Shown here piece by piece: positions 37,650 through 52,325 of a DNA stretch of 64,000 nucleotides (positions are counted from its first letter, which is position 1; every line of letters begins with the position of its first letter). The position numbers and the translations under genes are program-made. The notes beneath the pieces are model-generated. The model searched no databases. It saw only the letters and a list, made by a program, of their open reading frames with translations, and was not told the DNA's origin. The DNA is from Eledone cirrhosa (Eukaryota): positions 111,290,001 to 111,354,000 of the forward strand of contig OZ024742.1 of assembly GCA_964016885.1 (NCBI GenBank). The letters run 5' to 3'.

Positions 37650-40600
37650 TCTGAGGATGACGGTGTGATGGATCAACAATATCGAGCCTAGAAATAGGTG
37701 GTTACGCAACCACTATCTGTATGTTGAATTGCCATGATCAATCTAATCCCTTAAATGATGGTAGAACAATGAACTAATTAATAACCTATCTTTGAGATTT
37801 ATTTTATTTTCATTATTCAATACACACACATACACACACGCAAACACACACCGATACCGACAAAAACACACGCATACATGTACATATATATAATGTGTTT
37901 TGTGTGAGTGAGTGCGTGTGTGTGTGTGTGTGTGTGTATGAGTATTGAACGATGAAAGTAAAACCGAAGTCGACGATAGATTTATATATTTATATATATA
38001 TATATACACACAATTCTATCGATTCTAACATCATTGTTTGAATCTAATTGCGCATGTTATACAATTATTTGTATGAAAAATCAGTATGCCTAATCTACGC
38101 GAAACCGCACAATCTACGCAATCATCCATGAACATGAATGCCACAATCCTTAGAATGAATTTATTTATGTTATTTATAAAGCAGCACCTTTCAGCCATTC
38201 ATCATCACACACGGGAGTCTTACTTTCTGAATATATTTGCAAGCTGTTTTCTCGTTTAGAATGAATACTATATGATGAATAATTCAGAAGGAAATGAGAG
38301 GGATGATTTCCACGTCGAGGTTCAAGAGTGTTGTATTATTTTAAAGTGGGTTTCATAGTGCACTTAATTCTACTGAAATCAAATGTCAATCGCTATAGAA
38401 GATATATAACATTAGCAGCTGTCCAAATCGAAACAACTTGGAAAAACTTATAAAGTAGCTTTTACTTACAGGGATAAGTGTTGCTATTTTGAGGGCGAAA
38501 AGAAAGATAATAAACACACTTTCCAAATCATAATAACTTTTTCAGTTTCCGAGTATTATAAAATGTGATCATTAATATAATATATATTTCAAGAATACAG
38601 AATTAGGTAGTATCCATATCTTATATTCTGTTATTTAATAAAAAGATATGAAACATTCCTTAAATCATCGGACAAGTAGACAGCAATATTTGTTCAGACA
38701 CTCTAAACACAGATGTGAACTTTGACCTTTATAATGTAATGCTTCATAAAGTAAACAGAAGGATTATGGTTAGAACAGTTTTAAACATACGTTTTCTGAG
38801 CCAGAACAAACCTGGGGCTACAATGATAACAACATCACAGTTATAATCGTTTAATCCCATGATATTTCATACTAAACACTCAAATTCATATTGCCTTATT
38901 CGCATACGGGGATACATACATATTTGTAAGATGGAATTTGCACGGTGCATGTGTGTTTTCATATGTCTCTGTACTGATGCATATGAACAGGTGTATGTAA
39001 AGAGACTTATATCTATGTGGTTTATTGTATTAAACACTTTTGGCCTATTTTTACTGTAGCACTGCATCGGCCATTACTTATTCCACGGTATAACAATCCT
39101 ATCCTTCTTAATTGTTAACCGATGTCATCTTCATGCAACCTACCTATTATCTCTTTATCTCCTTCTCACATTTATTGCATACTATGCATCATTTGCTAAT
39201 CTAGACGGAATGTGATTACACGGACGACATTGTTTCATTTAGATGCAGAGCAGTAAAGTGAAACTTTAGATTATCTAAATCTCATAGTAATTGACCGTAG
39301 ACATCTAATCTACAAATTCGTTTTCAAGTCACATAATGAACGATTCCGACTCTTTGGGACCTGGAACATGGCGGGAGGCAAATACTTGAAAGAGATTAGA
39401 ATCTATCTAATGTATACAAGGGTCGGTGGCTCTTGATAAAATTGTCACATATTAAATCTAACACCGAATAAATGTCACGGCGTGATTTGAACGAAAAAAC
39501 GCAGTATTGGAATGAATACTGGAATTCCGAAAACTCAATACTCTAGATTCTTTTTATTTTGTTATCCATGATGAGAGGAAAAGCACATTTGACTTCGGCA
39601 TGATTTGAATTTGATTTTCGCTGCAGAAAACCGGAACAAATTCCTCATGACTTTTGCCCTATGCTCTAACGAATCTGCAAATTCACAGCTATTGAACTAA
39701 TTTACGACCTTGCAGAATATTGTCAATTTCCCTGGTTTCGGAATTGCCGTAATTTTGCAACTGAATTACATTGAAGTCCAAATCATTTTGACAATATTCC
39801 TTTCAGAGTTTCAATGCTTTCCTATTTTTCTTCTTATCTTGTTTAAAATATCATTGTTAATATAAATGGATAAATAAATACGAAGTGGTATATTTGTACA
39901 TACGAGTTAAAAATATATTTCTCTCCTTTATAAGGAGGACTTTAATGGACCAGCCAACTAATCAAATTGAATCTTTCAATTATTTTCTTATTTTAAGTAC
40001 TTTTATGCTTTATTCGTTGAAGGATTTCCGTGTTCTAAGAATTTGATATTCAAGACAATTAGAATTTCAATTTGGAATCAATTGCTAATATTCTGTGTAT
40101 TAATTTAATTACCAGTTTAGTGTTTCAGTGAGCAACTGTTACATGTGATTCAGTTTCTTACATTAGACTATTCATTGGCAACTTCCACGTCATAAAACAA
40201 ACATATATACAAGAAAATAAGAATATAAACACAAACTGCAATTATATATCATATGCATATTATATATCCATAAACACGCAAATCTTATATACAGTTATTT
40301 ACACATATTCACACACTCACCCACATACACATATACACTCATAAACAGGTACATGCACACACTTAGACACACACACTAACACATATGATAATTGTGGCGC
40401 TAGCACTCAAATTAAGTAAGTAAATGCCGTAAAAAATCGCCATTAGCAAAGATCTTGTGTGTGATTCGAAAATAGTAGGTGGCTTCAAAGGAATTTATGT
40501 AGTGAGATATCATGAGGGGCAATAGCAAGCAGTATTAAAAACAATCTCACGGGAAAAGAAATGTATGAATAAAATAATAGACATATTAGTTATGGAATGA

Positions 40601-40799
40601 TCTAAAATAAAAGGCTTTTAACTGAATTTGGATATGCTCGGCGTGGCAACTCGAAATGCCTCAACAATAATTTTTGCACTGTGGATAGATCTGTACTAAG
40701 GTACTTCCAGTAGAATATGGTTGGTTGATTGTATAAAAAGAGTGAAGCAGTCTTTGCTAACTGCTATAATGATGGGTTGTTAATAAACACCGGGGCTTG

Positions 40800-40965
40800 T
40801 CCGGCTCATTCCTCTTCGAACCGGTCACCATCGATTCCTCAGGCTTTCTAGGACTCCATGCTGCAGAGCTTCTCGATAAAATCAGAAAGTCAGCAGCCCG
40901 CCTGTGGAATGAGCCCCGCAAGGTGGAGTGGCCGTTGTAGTGGGTGTTGCCGGCCATTGTGTCCC
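40800..40965 (+). mobile_element. CRE-like (RLE-type) LINE C-terminal fragment
   Basis: LFEPVTIDSSGFLGLHAAELLDKIRK...EPRKVEW resembles the F.P...ET.G..G..A..L..IG motif. Confidence 0.45.
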
Positions 40966-41079
40966 TCCCTTTATTCCGTGAGTCATTCCAGGTAGAGCTG
41001 CTACTTCTCCGAATTGAGAGATCACAGCTCCGATACTTTGGGCAGGTGGTTAGATTGTCTCAGGAATGAATAGTTGGAC

Positions 41080-41322
41080 ATAGTTTACGCACGAAACCAA
41101 CAGGTAGGAGAACCAGAGTTAGACCCAGAGCAATATAGTTGGATAACATCCATGAGCTTGGCTGGTCCCGCTTGGGGATCCAGCCGGACCAGTTGGAGGC
41201 GGTAGCTTCTGACAGAACCCGCTTAAATTAGTGTTTGAGCACCCTGCCACCAGGACCCTCCCAAGAAGAAGAAGAAGAAGAAGAAGAAGAAGAAGAAGAA
41301 GAAGAAGAAGAAGAAGAAGAAG

Positions 41323-41352
<30 letters not shown>
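41080..41352 (+). mobile_element. RTE/Rex3-like LINE 3' end with (GAA)n tail
   Basis: KPTGRRTRVRPR...LDNIHELGWSRLGI...VASDR, followed by about 30 GAA units at 41264-41352. Confidence 0.75.
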
Positions 41353-41353
<1 letters not shown>

Positions 41354-41492
41354 GGGTACAAGCTTAAAGACATATAAGGAAGATAGTGACATTAGGTGTG
41401 TCAGAAGAATGGCAATTCTATTGCAAAACATTATGTGTGGTAAATGCTGTTGCGATATTAGGGATGAGGGAGAAGCTACATTATATATAAAT

Positions 41493-41671
41493 ATGGCAGT
41501 GTCGGTAGATAGTCGGACGCCATGCTTTGTAGCAAAGTGTTACGGCCCTTTATGGTCTCAGTTCAAATCCCGCCGATGTGAACTTTGCCTTTCATCCTTA
41601 CGGGGTCGATAAAATAAAGTACCAGTAATACACTGAGATAATAACTGGCCTTGTGCCAAACGTAGAAACAA
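41493..41671 (+). mobile_element. SINE-A, diverged copy
   Basis: Homologous to 41801-41985. Confidence 0.85.
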
Positions 41672-41800
41672 TATCTATAGATATATGCATTCCTCCTATT
41701 CATGTTTAACAGTCTCAATTCACATCTCATCATATATTATTTACCGTCCTTCTATCATTCCATATAACATTCTCCACACAATTATCTTTATTATATGACT

Positions 41801-41985
41801 GGCAGATGGTGGATTGGCAGTATCGGTAGAGGGTCGGACGCCATGCTTTCCAGCATAGTTACGTCCTTTTACGATCTGAGTTCAAATCCCGCCGAGGTTG
41901 ACTTTGCCTTTCATCCTTACGGGGTCGATAAAATAAAGTACCAGTAATGCACTGGGTAATTGCTGGTCCTGTGCCTAAAGTAGAA
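41801..41985 (+). mobile_element. SINE-A, full length, young
   Basis: Flanking direct repeat ACAATTATCTTTATTATATGACT at 41778 and 41986. Confidence 0.92.
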
Positions 41986-42626
41986 ACAATTATCTTTATT
42001 ATATGACTTCTAGCCTCAACAATATTTAAGACCATCTTATTCCAAAGTGCCAACCAACTCCACAAACACCCACGTATCACATGCACAATATCCGATCGTG
42101 GTATTCTCAATCTGTTATTTCCAAAATGCTTCAGGGCTCCATACTTCCTCTTATCACACTCTACCTATGCATGCACTCCATTTCTCTCATTCTCCCCTCT
42201 CTCGCCACTTTCTCTTCAGTCATCCACTCCTCCCACCATATCATTAACTGAACCACTTCCCTTCTAGCATATGACTGATATTTCATCTGTTTCTTTTTCT
42301 TATTTTCTTTCTTTATTATCTTTTCATCTTTACTTTTTATAATCCTTTATTTATTATCACTTTTCGTTATTCTGCTGCGTACATATATCAACGATTAAAT
42401 ATACTTCGTTGTAGGAAATCATGCTCGTGTGTATGCGTGTAACAATGTGTATTTGAGTGATTGTATTAGAATGTATTTTATGTACCCGTATGCCTGGCTA
42501 ACAGAATGTGTGCGATTACAAATGGCCATATACATACTTACATGTATGCCTACAGCGAACCATGCATACATATATACGTACATATATGCTTATGCACATG
42601 TATATATATATATGTATATATATATA

Positions 42627-42740
<114 letters not shown>

Positions 42741-44201
42741 TGTGTCTGTGTGTGTGTGTGTTTGTATGTGTGTGTGTGTGTGTGTGTCTTTGTGGAGGGA
42801 TATATACACATCTGAAACATGAATAATCAGTACAATGCCATAAACATTGCAGAGAACTTATCAGTAGCGTCGCTGCATCAATAATAACTATCTATGCATG
42901 TCTTGTAGTAATAATGACATATTTGAAACAGAGAGAAAGGATGACTTCTGTGAAATCATTAACAATTCTAATGAAGCCTTTGGGATAACGTTAAATATTC
43001 AGATAACGATCTGATATTTTAAATTCACTTGGTTAATTGAATTTCTAAATCTTTGGTTAATTACATCCATATGACTAGGAGTATAATAAATTGCTTTTGT
43101 TCGATGTACAGGTAAAGAGCAATTAATAGATGAGAGACAATGTGTTACACAGACACGAAATAAAAAAGTACACAATACAGTGCCTAGAGTTATAATGAAG
43201 TAAGTGTTTATGTAAATGTGAGCTTTTTCACGCGTGTTAATAGTGTTGTATTTATTAATTGATGGCTTTCAAGGAATATGACACATTTTCCATCGACTAG
43301 AACGGTATTACCTAGACCTTCGATTAATTAAGGGATCTGTTCCTTAGAATGATGATGTATAAAGAACAGGTTTCTAAAAATAGAAAAAAAAGCAGATTTA
43401 ACGCCTAGGAAAATTATAGTCAACATCCTGAATAGGCAAATTGTAGACAAAACTGGACTTGTTTTTATAGAAAGAAACTAATCAGAAGCCTACTTTAAGT
43501 AACCATTCTAATTTCTCTGACAATGTTTTGATCGACCCGAAGCTCTCCGTGAAGAACAAAGTTAAGATTATGATATAGCTTTAATTTGTTTTATAAGATT
43601 TTCGACGTAGAAAATCCATCGAAAATCACAACAGATGTATATAAATAGACATCTCAGTATTCTCTGTTAGATGATTATCAAAATCAGTAGTCTGCTACAT
43701 TTCTCCTCTAGCTAGAATGTGGCTGAAATGGCAAGTCGTGATTTGTCTTACAGACCATGTCAAACAATATTCATCTTATTATGACGTATAAATCTATTTG
43801 TTCAGTATGGGATTTTTCGACACCTTAAACTTTGACATATAGCCGTTTGTCACATCTTTTAAATATTTAATTTAATCTTAATTTTATATTGATAGTTTTC
43901 ATGAAATATTCTTCACGTTTAGTTGAATTAAAATTCTCTACTTTAGGCGCATGGACTCAAACACAAGCACATGCAAACATACGTACAAAAACACACAATT
44001 ATATAAGATAACAACTTTATCGACAAAATTGATAATCACATTTCCCTCATTATTTTATTCCTTAGGGAATGATATAGATAGCATATTAGAAAATATATAT
44101 CTGATAATAAATGCTACATGATTGTCCCTACTGCATTATATTATTACGATAATTATTATCATATATATAGAGAGATACAGAAAGAGATACACATTTATAT
44201 A

Positions 44202-44356
<155 letters not shown>

Positions 44357-44796
44357 ATATATATTGATTTTCTCAATATATGAAACAGAAAAATATTATG
44401 AACAATGGTAAGTAGATATCTACACGCCACATAATGTTATCTAGCTACAATCCATTTGTTTTTTTAATAGCAACCTGTCTCGCTGAAGGATTTAATGTAA
44501 AAAAATGTCCAGGTCTTCATGATGAAAAAACATTTGAACAGATTTTATAATTTCCATATTATTATTATTATTATTTTTTTGTCTATGAGGCCACTATCAT
44601 AATGTGATCATCTCTGCAATGTTAACCACTGCGATGATATCTAGACGCCACCGGGAAAAAAGGTTACATTTGTGAATGATTATTCCAGCTTTAAATTTTA
44701 GGGAAACCACGGTGTTGTTTATGAATTTACTTAGTTCAACATATCTTTTAATATGTGGAAATATACATAACATCTTCTTTTCACCCCCTCTCCCAT

Positions 44797-44903
<107 letters not shown>

Positions 44904-44928
44904 TGTATATATATATATATATATATGT

Positions 44929-44997
<69 letters not shown>

Positions 44998-46772
44998 CAT
45001 ATTTGTGTGTGTGTGTGAAGAATAATGATATTTCTAGCAAATCTAGTCATTACATAGAAGCTCGTTTGTTAACCTTTATTCTCGCGACCAATATCCCTTT
45101 AGAATGTCCGTCATGTCATGGTCAGGCATTGCAAACATTTTAAATTGCTGCACTACCAATAAATGAATAAAAAATATTGGCATAGAGAATATAGTATATA
45201 ATGAAGTTAATATAGGAAACAGAACATTCAATTTTCTATAAAGACAAAGACAAACCTTTCTTTCAACTACAAAATATATTCCTAATTATAAACGGCTCCC
45301 ATATTAAACATTATTATTACATTGCTTCTTAATACAGCCTCAGCAAATACAGTGATTTGTTACTTAAAAAATACTCCCGCAGCAAAACAGCATTTATATG
45401 TGCCCATCACTGTGGGTTATTTCTACCAATTTATATTTACGATGTTAAAGAAGAAATTTAAATCGATCAACCAGCAACCGAAAAGAATAAATGAGATATT
45501 CATTGAATGTTGCTCTTTTTAGTAAAATTGAAGAAAAAAGAATGGAAAATGTGTTATAAACTGAATGAGTATAATTAATATATCTTGTTAATTAGATGAT
45601 AGAAACGACAGACTAGTAATATTGATGAAAAAATCAATGATCATAATAGCAATCCAATCAATAAAAACAGAGACAATATAGCCAGAAACCTAAAGTCTTT
45701 AATGGACAGAGATTATGCTGTAATAGCTTGAATGACACGATCAAGTAGAAACTATAATATGATTTACAAATTGCCACTAAGAAACATCTTAATCATTAAT
45801 ATTGATTTATATAATCAATAGAAAATAATAATTGATTATTGATAGCTAACATGAAATGGCACAGAACAAAAGATATAATTTATTGACATTTTAAGAACAC
45901 TTTTATGCACCATAGTGTTGCGAAGCAAATAATTTGGTTTCAATTTTACAACGAACACGGTTATAATGGCGAAATGAAAGAACAGATTTTGATTGAAAAA
46001 AAAAAAATCATCTTATATTCCCTTTTGCTTTCAACGAAGTAAATTTAATTTCTGATTGCCTATAAATTACCCAATACAATTGTAATACATATAATGGTAC
46101 AAACACAATATACAGCATGTTTCAAACATAGAAGCATATTAAGTTGCGGTTAACAATGATTGTCATCAACCGCAGTCGAATATGATAACCGAATTTATGT
46201 TTCACCCAACATGGATGTTTTTGCCAATTACCAATTTCTGAAATATTGAAAATCTGTTCTGCTAGAGAATGGAACGAAGGTGGAGGATAGCGATACGGCT
46301 ACTAGATTTGATGGTTAGCTGCAATATAATCGGGCTACTGCTGGAAGAATAAGCAACGCCGAAGCTTGAACGGTAAGCTACTAAGGAAAATGGGTGACGG
46401 GGTTAGCATCCAACAGTACGCTCACAATCCAGTGATGTAGCTATGAAGCGGCGAGTAAAGGCCGCCTCTGAGAAAGCACAGTTTTCGTTGTCTGAGAAAA
46501 GTACTAAAGTAGTGACCGGTGCGATGGAGACCATGAAATTACTAGATGGGGTCGGGAAGCAATAACGACGTCCATATCCCATTGTCCTTTGCGCGGACGA
46601 CACGGACAGGTTCAGGTCTTTGATAGTGAGGTCTGTTCGAAAACTATACTGCAGACTCCACTCAGTGCTACAAGAACTAGCGATGGTGTATCGACCTAAC
46701 CTGGGATGCGATGGATGGAAGCACATAGCTTATGTATCCCGAGACACCAAAGAGCATCAGAAAACTTAACAA

Positions 46773-47050
46773 ATGAAAACTGGTACATTATAACCCTTCC
46801 AGATTAGGAGAAAGAAACAGTTGAGGCGACCAGATCCTACCGTTTAGATATAATCGGCGTTTCCTCAAGAAAGGTCCGATATCTCACTCTGTATATTTGA
46901 TGGAGGTTGGAAACTTCTCTATTCAGGTGTGCTGCCAGGCATAATCGCACAGATTTGAATAGGGATACTCACAAGCCCTTGGCAGTCAGAATGTGCTATG
47001 AACTGGATCTCGCTGGGATGGACGATTTCCGTATTGAAGCTTAGGCTGAA
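46773..47050 (+). mobile_element. RTE/Rex3-like LINE APE N-terminal fragment
   Basis: EKETVEATRSYRLDIIGVSS...LDGGWKLLYSGV...IGILTSP. Confidence 0.65.
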
Positions 47051-47054
47051 ATAA

Positions 47055-47860
47055 AGGTCAGACCCGCCTCTGCCTCTGAACAGGTCGGTGTAGTTCCGCG
47101 GAAAAGCATCACACATTTGCCCGGGATCGTGTAACACGCACCTGTCATGCTCCTCCAAAGACCGGATCGTGGTTTTGTTGCCACAACGCATTCTCGTCTC
47201 TCAGGCCCAACCAACATATTTCGTCGCCACGTGTGTGAGATCACGTGCCCTAGCTCTGACTTAGCAGCCTTTGTGCTTTGTGTTGAATAATTGGCTGATG
47301 GCCAATTTCGCCGTAAGCACGTTTGTCGCGAAGCCTTTATTAAGCGCACAAAATAATTGTCGAACTAGTTCTCACTCTAATTTATTTTCCTAGCACATAA
47401 TAGACTTTATTCTAATCGGCATTTTCAGGGCGTCAACTGCCGCTTAACTATTTCACTAATCCGGTCTCTGTACGCTTTCCACACCGTGAGCGAAGCGTTC
47501 AGCTTCTAATAGCTGGGTCCCTGTTTATGAAGTCTATATAATTCGTCGACACATTATAAATTTGTGGTGTGTAGTCGATTATCTTGAGTTGTGAACAATC
47601 TATGCTAGAATTATCCATTTCCTTAGAAAATACCGTATCTAGATACGATCTGGATGAGCCGATGCGCTTTGTCCATGTTCATATTGGCCCATTCTGGAAA
47701 TCCAGTCGGTACCGATCAGATATTTGGACAATTCTGAGCAAATTTGTGAGACATTTACACCCTCCTTCCCTATCCCCTAGTTCCAGACAGTCTCGTTCCA
47801 ATCACCCACTAACATTAAAGAGCTGGACATTTCTAGGAAGATTTCCAGTCACCTAAAGAA
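47055..47860 (-). mobile_element. L1/Tx1-like LINE, APE and linker fragment
   Basis: Minus strand GDW...DRYRLD...TWTKRIGSSRSYLD and TTIRSL...DPGQMCDAF. Confidence 0.7.
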
Positions 47861-47889
47861 GTCAGGCCATCATGCCTCTGTTGGGGCAT

Positions 47890-49900
47890 AAATAGCCACT
47901 AACCATAGTGATATACTAATTCTATCATTCATTGGGAAATCCATCGGAATCAACACATAATGATTTCTTTAAGGTATGTAGAGAAGGAAATCCAGAAATG
48001 AGTCCAAAACGAAACGTAAATAAACTTGTAGATGTAAGAATAGATGTTTGTAGATATGAGTGACTAACAGATGCAGAGCTAAACGAAATTAAGAAGAATG
48101 TTGAAAAGAATTTACGAATACCAGTATTAGAAAGGGATGGAAATGAATATGTGACAGAAGAGATATCACAACACATATTGACTATGTACCACCCAGGAGA
48201 GAGAAACAACAGAGCTGGTTCAAGCTGGAAGACAGATTGACAATATGGATGAGAATATTTCTACTAATGAACGCATAGAAAAAATTATACAAGAAACTCT
48301 CAATAATCATCGAAAAATAAAACAAAAAAACATTAATATGTGTGAAGGAAAGTCCTTCCAAAAATTGACAAGCAGCAACCAGAACAAAAGACACATAGTA
48401 ACTGGAAACAGGCTGTTAAAGCAATAACTGAAAAATGGATATATCAGTATTGAATGAGGTTATTTATGCAGCAGCAACGGTAATAGAATATAGAAAACAG
48501 AAAGCCAAAAGGACACAACATTAGCAAAGTCCACACTCAAACATAAAAATTGAGAAATTACAATGATGAGGGGAGAAATATCGATCCTGGATGAAATATG
48601 TACAGGGAAATCTGTCAAGTCACGAAAAGCAAGGAAAGTGATTAAGAAATACAAAGACACTTCAAAACCTGACATTCCATCAATCATAGAAATCCTGAAA
48701 CAGAAAGTACAGTTAGGAGATTTGAAAAGCGAAATAGGTTTTACAGGCATAATCCGCTTTTTATCTCAGATGCAAAAATGTATTACAGGGAAATGGGACA
48801 CAGAAATTCAATTAAAGGAAAGTCCTTCAATTCATTAAACTAAAGAATTTTGGAAACCAGTATGTAGTACAGAAATGTTTCAAAATATAAATGCAGAATG
48901 GATATAAAGAATATAGAAGAAACATACAATAATTTAGAAAGGGGCAGACTTTGCAAAACATAACAATGGAAGAACTTGAGTTAACAGGAAGGAAAACCAA
49001 CAAATGGAAATATCCTGGCATTGAAAATGTGCCAATCCTCTGATTTTCCCTAGTTGCTACCCTTGTATATTTGTAAAAGGTTATAATGTGCTTATTCACA
49101 ACCCTGGGAAAACCTCTGATTGATCTGCAAAAGGCGTAACATATATCTTGCCTAAATAGATAGAAGCCAATATTCGAAAATATTATCATCATTTCACTTA
49201 CCTTTCCACATCATACAACATTCTTACCTCAATCATGACTATGGCAACCTACGAATTTATGGAGGAAAGCCATCTCTTACCTATGGAGAGGAAAGGTTGT
49301 GGCTACTACTCATATCAACTTTCGATTACTCGTATGATTCTGGAGATCTGACATAACAAGCACAGATGTTTGAGTACTGTTTAGATTAACTATAAAATAA
49401 TTGATAGCGTTACTCACTCAAGGAATATGAAAACTCTGGATGTTCTGAACATTTCTCCATAATATCAAACGTTCCTGAAATACAAATCTATCACTATAAC
49501 TGTGTTACTTTTCAAGAGATTAATTTTCGCTCAGATATTTTGCATTGCACTCATATCTTCTTCTCAACAAAACAAAATAAGACTGCAAAATAGAAAGCAA
49601 AACCATAAATCACCTGTTTTATAAGGATGACCTGATCCTGTATGCTAAACATGACAGCAAATCGGAAAGACTGCTGAAGATAGTTAAGGTGCTCGGCGAT
49701 GATGTAGGGATGGAATCTGGATTGAAAAAATTAGCAAAAGCAACATTCAACAGAGGCATGATGACAAGCATAAGCACAATAGAAATAGAAAATAGTTGTG
49801 AAGAAAATTATCAAGTAACTAAACCAAGAACAAACATAATGATATGTAGGGATCAGTGAAAGTCAAGCTATTCCCCACATCATCATGAAAATAACAGAAA
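47890..49900 (+). mobile_element. Decayed R4/Dong-like non-LTR retrotransposon
   Basis: Remnants KWKYPG, ILTSI, ERKGC, INHLFYKDDLILYAK and DDVGMESGLKKLAKATF, with many stops. Confidence 0.75.
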
Positions 49901-50099
49901 ATGAGGTGTATCAACTTGTATAGTAAAAGACATGATGCTCCACCGAAGCGAAAACTAACTTATAACAGTATGAATTAAAAGAAAATATATATCCATACTA
50001 GCAATTCAAAACTAAATATCAACCAAGACCAAATCCCAAACAAAGGTGAATGGTTTTAGTTAATTGCAAGGAAACCTCCACAAACATTCCCTGATTAAT

Positions 50100-50400
50100 T
50101 CCATGCATTGAAATCCTAGAAATCATTAGCAAAGCGAAATGAAAGTGACCGGGACACTTTGCCAGTATGACTGAAACAAGATGGACCACAAGCGTCACCA
50201 TCTGGACCTCCGAGGTCATACAAGTATTCGAGCCTGTCAAAAGACCAGGTGGCGAGACGACCTCGAGAAAATTGAAAAACTTTGGCCATGGTTAGCTCAG
50301 GATTGACAAAGATGACGCAGTTCTGGGAATGCTTATATCCAACAACGTATTTGCAAGGTCTGAAGAATCGAGGGTTGACTGAAAAGTACAAAGGCTGACT
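50100..50400 (+). mobile_element. RTE-like LINE 3' fragment
   Basis: EIISKAK*K*PGHFASMTETRWTTSVTIW...KTRWRDDLE. Confidence 0.65.
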
Positions 50401-50469
50401 ATGAAGAAATGGTGCTTGAGCAATGAATCTTGCATGCATTAATTTCAATGTTTGGTATTAATAACTCCA

Positions 50470-51598
50470 TTGTCTTTGTTACAGGTAAATTGACATCTGG
50501 CTGTTCAAAGAAAACTTCAAATGTATCTAGTAACAGCTTCTCTTCAAAATGGATAAAATATGGCATCGTGGAATGACGCGTTAGAATTTGGCACCACGGG
50601 ACAAAGCGTTATTTTGTATCAATTGTAGAAGAGTCGGCAACTGAATGTAGGAGGGTAAGGGAATGTTGAAGATGACTCAAGACCTGGAAGCTTTCCAGCT
50701 GCCACCACTGGGGAAAATGTTCATCCTCTTAACTACATGGCGAGGAATGACAGGCAGTTGACTCTAAATTGAATAGCCAATTATATTAGCATATCCCGGG
50801 AGGGTGTTCAGGTGAGAGTGTTGAGAATATACTGTACAAGGAACTTGGCACGACAAAGGTTTCAACGTGGTTGCCCGTTTCCTGACACCTGATCGCAAGG
50901 CCACCAGGAAAAATGTGACGTGTGAGGCAGATCCGGCGTGTTTCTCTGGTCGTTTTCTAAGCCAGGATGAATGTTGAATTTATTAATTTGAGCCAGAGAC
51001 AAGATAATCCATGCAGTGGAGACATCCCTCCTCACCTACTCCAAACAAGGCCAAGGTAGTTTCATCTGCAGGGAAATCGATCGCCCCAGGTTTGGGGATG
51101 TAAAGGGTATCGTGTTTACTGACTATCCTCAAAAGAGCAACACCATCTATATAGATTACTATGCCAACCTTCTGAGACAGTTACAAAAAGGCTATCAAAA
51201 GCAAACGCCCTGCAAAGGACACTTCTTTCATCAGGACAATGCTCTAGCACACACGTCGTTGGTTTCAATGACTTCTGAGCGTGACTGTGGTTTTGAACTG
51301 GTTGATTCTGATTTTGAACCTGTGATTCTGATTTGGCCCTATCGGACTATCATCTATTCCCCAAAATGTAAAAACACTTGACTGGGAACCAGTATCACTG
51401 TGATGATGGCGTCATATCTGCAGTGGACGACTCTTTTGACAAACAGGATGAATGTTTTTTACATCAATGAGATCTAAGCACTGTAAAACTGACGGAAGAG
51501 GTTTGTGGACCACAAGGGGTATTATATTAGAAAAATAAACCTCATTTGGTCACAGTCAAGGAGAGTATCATTTTCAACCTATGAAGACTTCAGCCTCA
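50470..51598 (+). mobile_element. Decayed mariner (DD34D) DNA transposon
   Basis: ATG at 50549 (MDKIWHRG). Motifs EDDSRPG, QDEC, SMQWRH, FHQDNALAH and DLALSDYHLFPKM, with frameshifts. Confidence 0.9.
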
Positions 51599-51856
51599 CA
51601 CATATACTCTGAGCATCTATATTAGGTGATATTAGCACCGTATTCTCTTTTTCCTGTGGTTGTAGCTTTTACATGGACCATGATGAGGGAGAATGTTATT
51701 CAAATAACGAGGAAAGTCTCATTTAAATAAATATCTATCGGTTGAATTCCTTACATAATTGATACTTTATTATACACAGTCTGTTTATATTCATGACTTT
51801 TACTTAGTGATTACAGTTATTCTCTCTCTCTCCCCCCCTCTCTCTCTCTCTCTCTC

Positions 51857-51913
<57 letters not shown>

Positions 51914-52172
51914 ATTAAACTTTACTTGTAACTCTACAACATCCAATGTATATGGGTGTCTTAAATATTTAGTAATCATAGTTATTAAATGTAAAAGTGT
52001 ATTGTTATATCAAAATCTGCATTAATGCACGTATTCCGCCGCCTTAAAACCTGAATAGGCATTATGATTTCATACAATAAATTTACCTGAATGGTGTCCA
52101 GTTTGATAGCATAAACAAACGACTCCACTTTTTGCCGTCCATTGCTTGTATATGAATCTCAATATATATATA

Positions 52173-52218
<46 letters not shown>

Positions 52219-52257
52219 TGTATATATAAAAATATGTATATATATATATATATATAT

Positions 52258-52325
<68 letters not shown>

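Noticed and set aside
37645-37700. CTGAGGA...GAAA after a TA tract
   Set aside because: Stems I-III cannot be paired convincingly.
32700-37800. CRISPR-like alternation of repeats and unique spacers
   Set aside because: The repeats are variable-length (TA)n, the inserts are transposon pieces of variable size, and there are no cas genes in this eukaryotic context.
41235-41612. Poly-Glu ORF
   Set aside because: It is the (GAA)n tail of a LINE running into a SINE.
46250-46770. GC-richer segment with a 107-aa ORF
   Set aside because: No recognisable motif. Probably decayed transposon sequence, but I could not assign it.
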